Assembly: GCA_963707955.1 (NCBI GenBank) | Contig: OY970176.1 | Span: 288,001 to 352,000, forward strand | DNA from: Candidatus Bathyarchaeota archaeon | GTDB lineage: Archaea; Thermoproteota; Bathyarchaeia; Bathyarchaeales; Bathycorpusculaceae | DNA length: 64,000 nucleotides | Direction of reading: 5' to 3' | Shown: positions 60,678 to 64,000 of the stretch, piece after piece | Layout of the letters: each line of letters begins with the position of its first letter | Numbering within the stretch: position 1 is the first letter of the stretch | Position numbers and translations under genes: made by a program | The notes under the pieces: generated by a model | Databases searched by the model: none | Told to the model about the DNA's origin: nothing | Seen by the model: the letters and a program-made list of their open reading frames with translations, nothing else

Positions 60678-61448
60678 TCAAGCGTTTCGTGTGAGAATTC
60701 TCGTATAAGCGAAAGCTGCGGTGAAGGTAAAAATAGCGGAGAAGGCTGCAATGTACAAAATAGAAAGATAGGAGAAGGAGAAAAACTTCGGCAACAACAT
60801 AGATCGTATCATGTCAGAAGCTCCGCTTAAGGGATTAATCTCAGCCAACGTGGCCAATGCTGGTCCCGCACTTTGAATTACCGTAAGTGGATAGAAAACT
60901 GTGCTACAGAAGAAAAGTACGTAGTAAACCGCCCCTCTTGCAGTTATAAATTTTTCAAGGCTCGACGTAGAAACGGCGATAGAAATGCTTAAGCCAGAAA
61001 TTCCGACCGCCAGCAGAAAAAGCACAGCCAAGATCAAAAACAACTGCCCTACTGTGGGAAAGCCCACGAAAATGAAACACGTCAGCAGGAGTGGCGACAT
61101 ATACATCATTCCCCTGAGCCCGCCTGAAAGAACCCGTCCGATAGCCAGTTCCAACCGTGTCATCGGCAAGCTCAGCATGTAGTGGTGCACTTCTCTTCGA
61201 CGTTCCATGTTGACTTCGCGTCCAATCATGAAGGCTGAGGCGAAGAGCCCGGTCACGGCCAAACCTGGCGCGAAGAAATTGAAGTAACTGCCAATTGCTA
61301 AGTGAACGCTTTGCTTCAAAATGGTGTTATAGACTAGTGCCGATACGAATAGGTCAGCAAGGTTCATACTGATTAAGCCCACAAGCCACCATTTGTAACG
61401 GAAGAAGTTCCTGAAGTCGTGCTCAACCATCCGAATAATGCCTTTCAT
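60678..61448 (-). CDS. ABC-2 type permease
   Basis: Six TM helices, INPLS. Confidence 0.88.
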   Translation of the reverse strand: MKGIIRMVEHDFRNFFRYKWWLVGLISMNLADLFVSALVYNTILKQSVHLAIGSYFNFFAPGLAVTGLFASAFMIGREVNMERRREVHHYMLSLPMTRLELAIGRVLSGGLRGMMYMSPLLLTCFIFVGFPTVGQLFLILAVLFLLAVGISGLSISIAVSTSSLEKFITARGAVYYVLFFCSTVFYPLTVIQSAGPALATLAEINPLSGASDMIRSMLLPKFFSFSYLSILYIAAFSAIFTFTAAFAYTRILTRNA

Positions 61449-62198
61449 CTATCGCCAGCCTCCCCCTTCAATCATCCTTTCGTAGATCGCAATGCCTAGA
61501 AAACTAAAAAGTCCGAAAAAAGCGACGATTCCCAAGAGAGGAAGCAAAGGGTTCTGGACGTATATTATTTTTTCTAGGCCAGTGCCCCATCTGAAAAGAT
61601 CTGCGGCATACGTGAGAGGGTTGAGGTTCGCGGTCCAACCATAGATTGGGTTAGTCTGCTGTATGACATACGCTGGGTACATGGTCGTGCTCAAGCGGAC
61701 GATAAACGCATCTAGGACTCCCATGAGAATATCGAACCGATCGCTCGATTTAATCAATACGGCTATTGCAATTGACATACCTGAAATCCCAAATGAGAAG
61801 AGGAAAAGTGCAAACAAGGCAATTGCAAAACTCAATGGGTTGACAGCGCCAATCACAAACAGCGATACTGCTACGAGCGGTCCAACGTATATGAATGCTC
61901 TGAGTCCTCCACCTATTGATCTTCCTATGACGAGTTGCCTTCTAGAGACGGGGAGGCTTAGAAGATATTCAAAAACGCCGTGCTCGGCTTCCTCATAAAT
62001 GTCGAAGCCGATGAATATAGCGGTTGAATAGAGGGTCATTACAGACAGCCCTCCTACATAATATTGGAAGTAATCTGGAACGTTCACCATATTTGCGGCG
62101 ATCAGCCCAAACAGAAGGACTTGTGAAACGAACCAGATAGCGCGCATTATGATTAAGAACTTGTACTGGAAGAAGAGGCGAACATCTCTCTCGATCAC
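61449..62198 (-). CDS. ABC-2 type permease
   Basis: Six TM helices, LNPLTYA. Confidence 0.88.
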   Translation of the reverse strand: MIERDVRLFFQYKFLIIMRAIWFVSQVLLFGLIAANMVNVPDYFQYYVGGLSVMTLYSTAIFIGFDIYEEAEHGVFEYLLSLPVSRRQLVIGRSIGGGLRAFIYVGPLVAVSLFVIGAVNPLSFAIALFALFLFSFGISGMSIAIAVLIKSSDRFDILMGVLDAFIVRLSTTMYPAYVIQQTNPIYGWTANLNPLTYAADLFRWGTGLEKIIYVQNPLLPLLGIVAFFGLFSFLGIAIYERMIEGGGWR

Positions 62199-62223
62199 GT
62201 AGAGAGTTTTATTCGTCTACGAT

Positions 62224-63186
62224 TCACCTGTCATCCTTTTGGGCTTCCTCTATTGTCAAACCCGTGTAGTGAGCAAAAACGTCGTCAAGGCTCGGTTCGC
62301 TCATGCGTATTGAAACAATGGGCACGTTTTTCCGGGAGAACAAGTCCATTATCCGCGGTACAACTTCTTCCACCTTGTTCAAGTAGAGACGCAGGCTGCT
62401 CGACTTGACCTGCATGATGTCTACGACTTCTTTCAGGCTCTTGAGATCTGCTATGATTTCCGCTGAGGCGTCCTGTCCGAGTTCTACGTCGACTATGTCC
62501 CCGCCCAGAATGCTGTCCTTCAACTTTTTAGGCGTGCCGCAGACTAGGAGCTTGCCCTTGTGGAGTATTCCCACGCGGTCTGAGAGTCTGTCCGCCTCGT
62601 AGAGCTCGTTTGTGGCTAGAATTATGGTGCTTCCCTCGTCGCGAAGCTCAAGGAGCATGTTCCATATTTTATGCTTGCCGACTATGTCGATCTGAGCTGT
62701 CGGTTCGTCGACTATCGCTATCTTGGGTCTCTGGACTAGGACTTTGGCCATCTCGACCCGTTTGCGCATTCCACCTGAAAGCGCATGAACATTCTTGTTT
62801 CTAGCGTCCCACATCTGAACGGCGTCCAACACTTCTTTGACCCGGAGTTTTCGCTCCGAGGTGGAGAGGCCACACACTTTGGCGTGCCAGTTGATCACGT
62901 CCCATGGGGTGCTGACCCACAGCATCTTGGGTTCTTGAAAAGCAACGCCTAGAACGCCTCGGACTTTTTCAGGTTGCTTCCGGATGTCGAATCCGCCCAC
63001 TAGTGCAGTGCCATCTGTGGGTTTGATAACCGTTGCGAGCATAAGGATCGTGGTCGTCTTGCCCGCGCCGTTAGGCCCTAGAAGCCCGAGGATCTCGCGC
63101 TCCTCAATGTCCAGGTCCAGATGGTCGACGGCGGCGAGGTCTCCATATTTTTTTGTGAGGTTTTGGATCTGAATTACGGGTGCCAT
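62224..63186 (-). CDS. ABC transporter ATP-binding protein (DrrA-like)
   Basis: GPNGAGKTT, LSGGMRKR, DEPT, EPSLDDVF. Confidence 0.95.
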   Translation of the reverse strand: MAPVIQIQNLTKKYGDLAAVDHLDLDIEEREILGLLGPNGAGKTTTILMLATVIKPTDGTALVGGFDIRKQPEKVRGVLGVAFQEPKMLWVSTPWDVINWHAKVCGLSTSERKLRVKEVLDAVQMWDARNKNVHALSGGMRKRVEMAKVLVQRPKIAIVDEPTAQIDIVGKHKIWNMLLELRDEGSTIILATNELYEADRLSDRVGILHKGKLLVCGTPKKLKDSILGGDIVDVELGQDASAEIIADLKSLKEVVDIMQVKSSSLRLYLNKVEEVVPRIMDLFSRKNVPIVSIRMSEPSLDDVFAHYTGLTIEEAQKDDR

Positions 63187-63445
63187 CGCTACACCATTTG
63201 TGTTAAAGCAGATAGAATGACCGCACAGAGAAATAAGATTAACTCCCTGCTTCAGAAGATCATAGTTTTATTTTTATGGTGTCCTACTCGGACTCAGATT
63301 TTGTCTCGACTGCACACAAAACTGTTGACAGCGTTTCGTCCGAGTCCAAATAACTGTTTCAGATATTCTTTTAGGTCGTGATCCTGAGGGAAGCATTCTT
63401 AAGAATACTCTGGGCAATACATCTTCGTGGCTTGACGTGAAGAGC

Positions 63446-64000
63446 ATGGGGTTCGACTTCGTTGATAAGAACAACATGGGTCTCATGACCGATTTTTATG
63501 AATTGACAATGTGCACCAGCTATTTTGAAAACAAGAGCAACGAAGCCGCAACTTTCGACCTATTCATAAGAAAACTACCCCCAAATAGGTCATACTTCGT
63601 CTTCGCCGGGCTGGAACAAGCTTTGCTTTTTCTTGAAAACATCAAGTTCAGTCAAGACCAAATTAGCTACTTGAGGACAAAAGGATTAAAGGAAGATTTC
63701 CTCGAATACCTGAAAAGCTTCAAATTCACCGGAGACGTATGGTCTGTTTCCGAAGGAACCATAGTTTTTCCTGACGAACCCCTAATCAGGGTGACTGCTC
63801 CCATAATTGAGGCCCAATTGGTTGAGACATTTATCCTCAACACAATAAACCTGCAGACGATGATAACCACTAAAGCCTCAAGAGTTGTTCTCGCGGCACA
63901 AGGCAAGCCCATAATAGAATTCGGCTTGCGAAGAACGCAGGGAACCGACGCTGGAATGAAGGCAGCAAGGTGCAGCTACATCGCAGGAGCCAGCGGAACC
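63446..64000 (+). CDS. pncB: Nicotinate phosphoribosyltransferase (partial, runs off window)
   Basis: Not in track: LMTDFYELTM, AGLEQ, EAQLVET, TKASRV, EFGLRR. Confidence 0.92.
   Translation, partial: MGFDFVDKNNMGLMTDFYELTMCTSYFENKSNEAATFDLFIRKLPPNRSYFVFAGLEQALLFLENIKFSQDQISYLRTKGLKEDFLEYLKSFKFTGDVWSVSEGTIVFPDEPLIRVTAPIIEAQLVETFILNTINLQTMITTKASRVVLAAQGKPIIEFGLRRTQGTDAGMKAARCSYIAGASGT

Noticed and set aside
1-64000. Diversity-generating retroelement or retron
   Set aside because: No reverse transcriptase motifs and no TR/VR pair seen.

Overview
Archaeal chromosome segment. Gene content (aIF2-beta/DUF424/RIO1/Dim2, LonB, Hjc, TrmI, AcdA, Fae, PEF-CTERM protein) is most consistent with Bathyarchaeia/TACK; this is an inference. 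Bases 1-~8.8 kb are an integrated virus-like or satellite element: partial P-loop helicase, RHH/AbrB regulators, an atypical tyrosine recombinase, a prohead-protease-like gene without a capsid gene, clustered AATCAGAGG motifs and a 26-bp perfect palindrome resembling phage N15 telO. Integrase relics and mosaic DNA follow. A second, clearly delimited 5.9-kb element (att repeats 26932-26960 and 32871-32899; integrase, Zot-like ATPase, AEP primase, helicase) is inserted into the terminal hairpin of an unannotated, extensively base-paired ~640-nt putative ncRNA. A palindrome AGCGCGCGCT/(GC)n is strongly over-represented and repeatedly sits where genes are truncated or foreign fragments are joined. 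Other notable items are a DapA-family aldolase-Fae fusion, a PNGase-like transglutaminase, a dual-guide box C/D sRNA and tRNA-His. Several housekeeping genes carry single-base frameshifts, possibly assembly errors. All calls were made by eye; no database searches were run.
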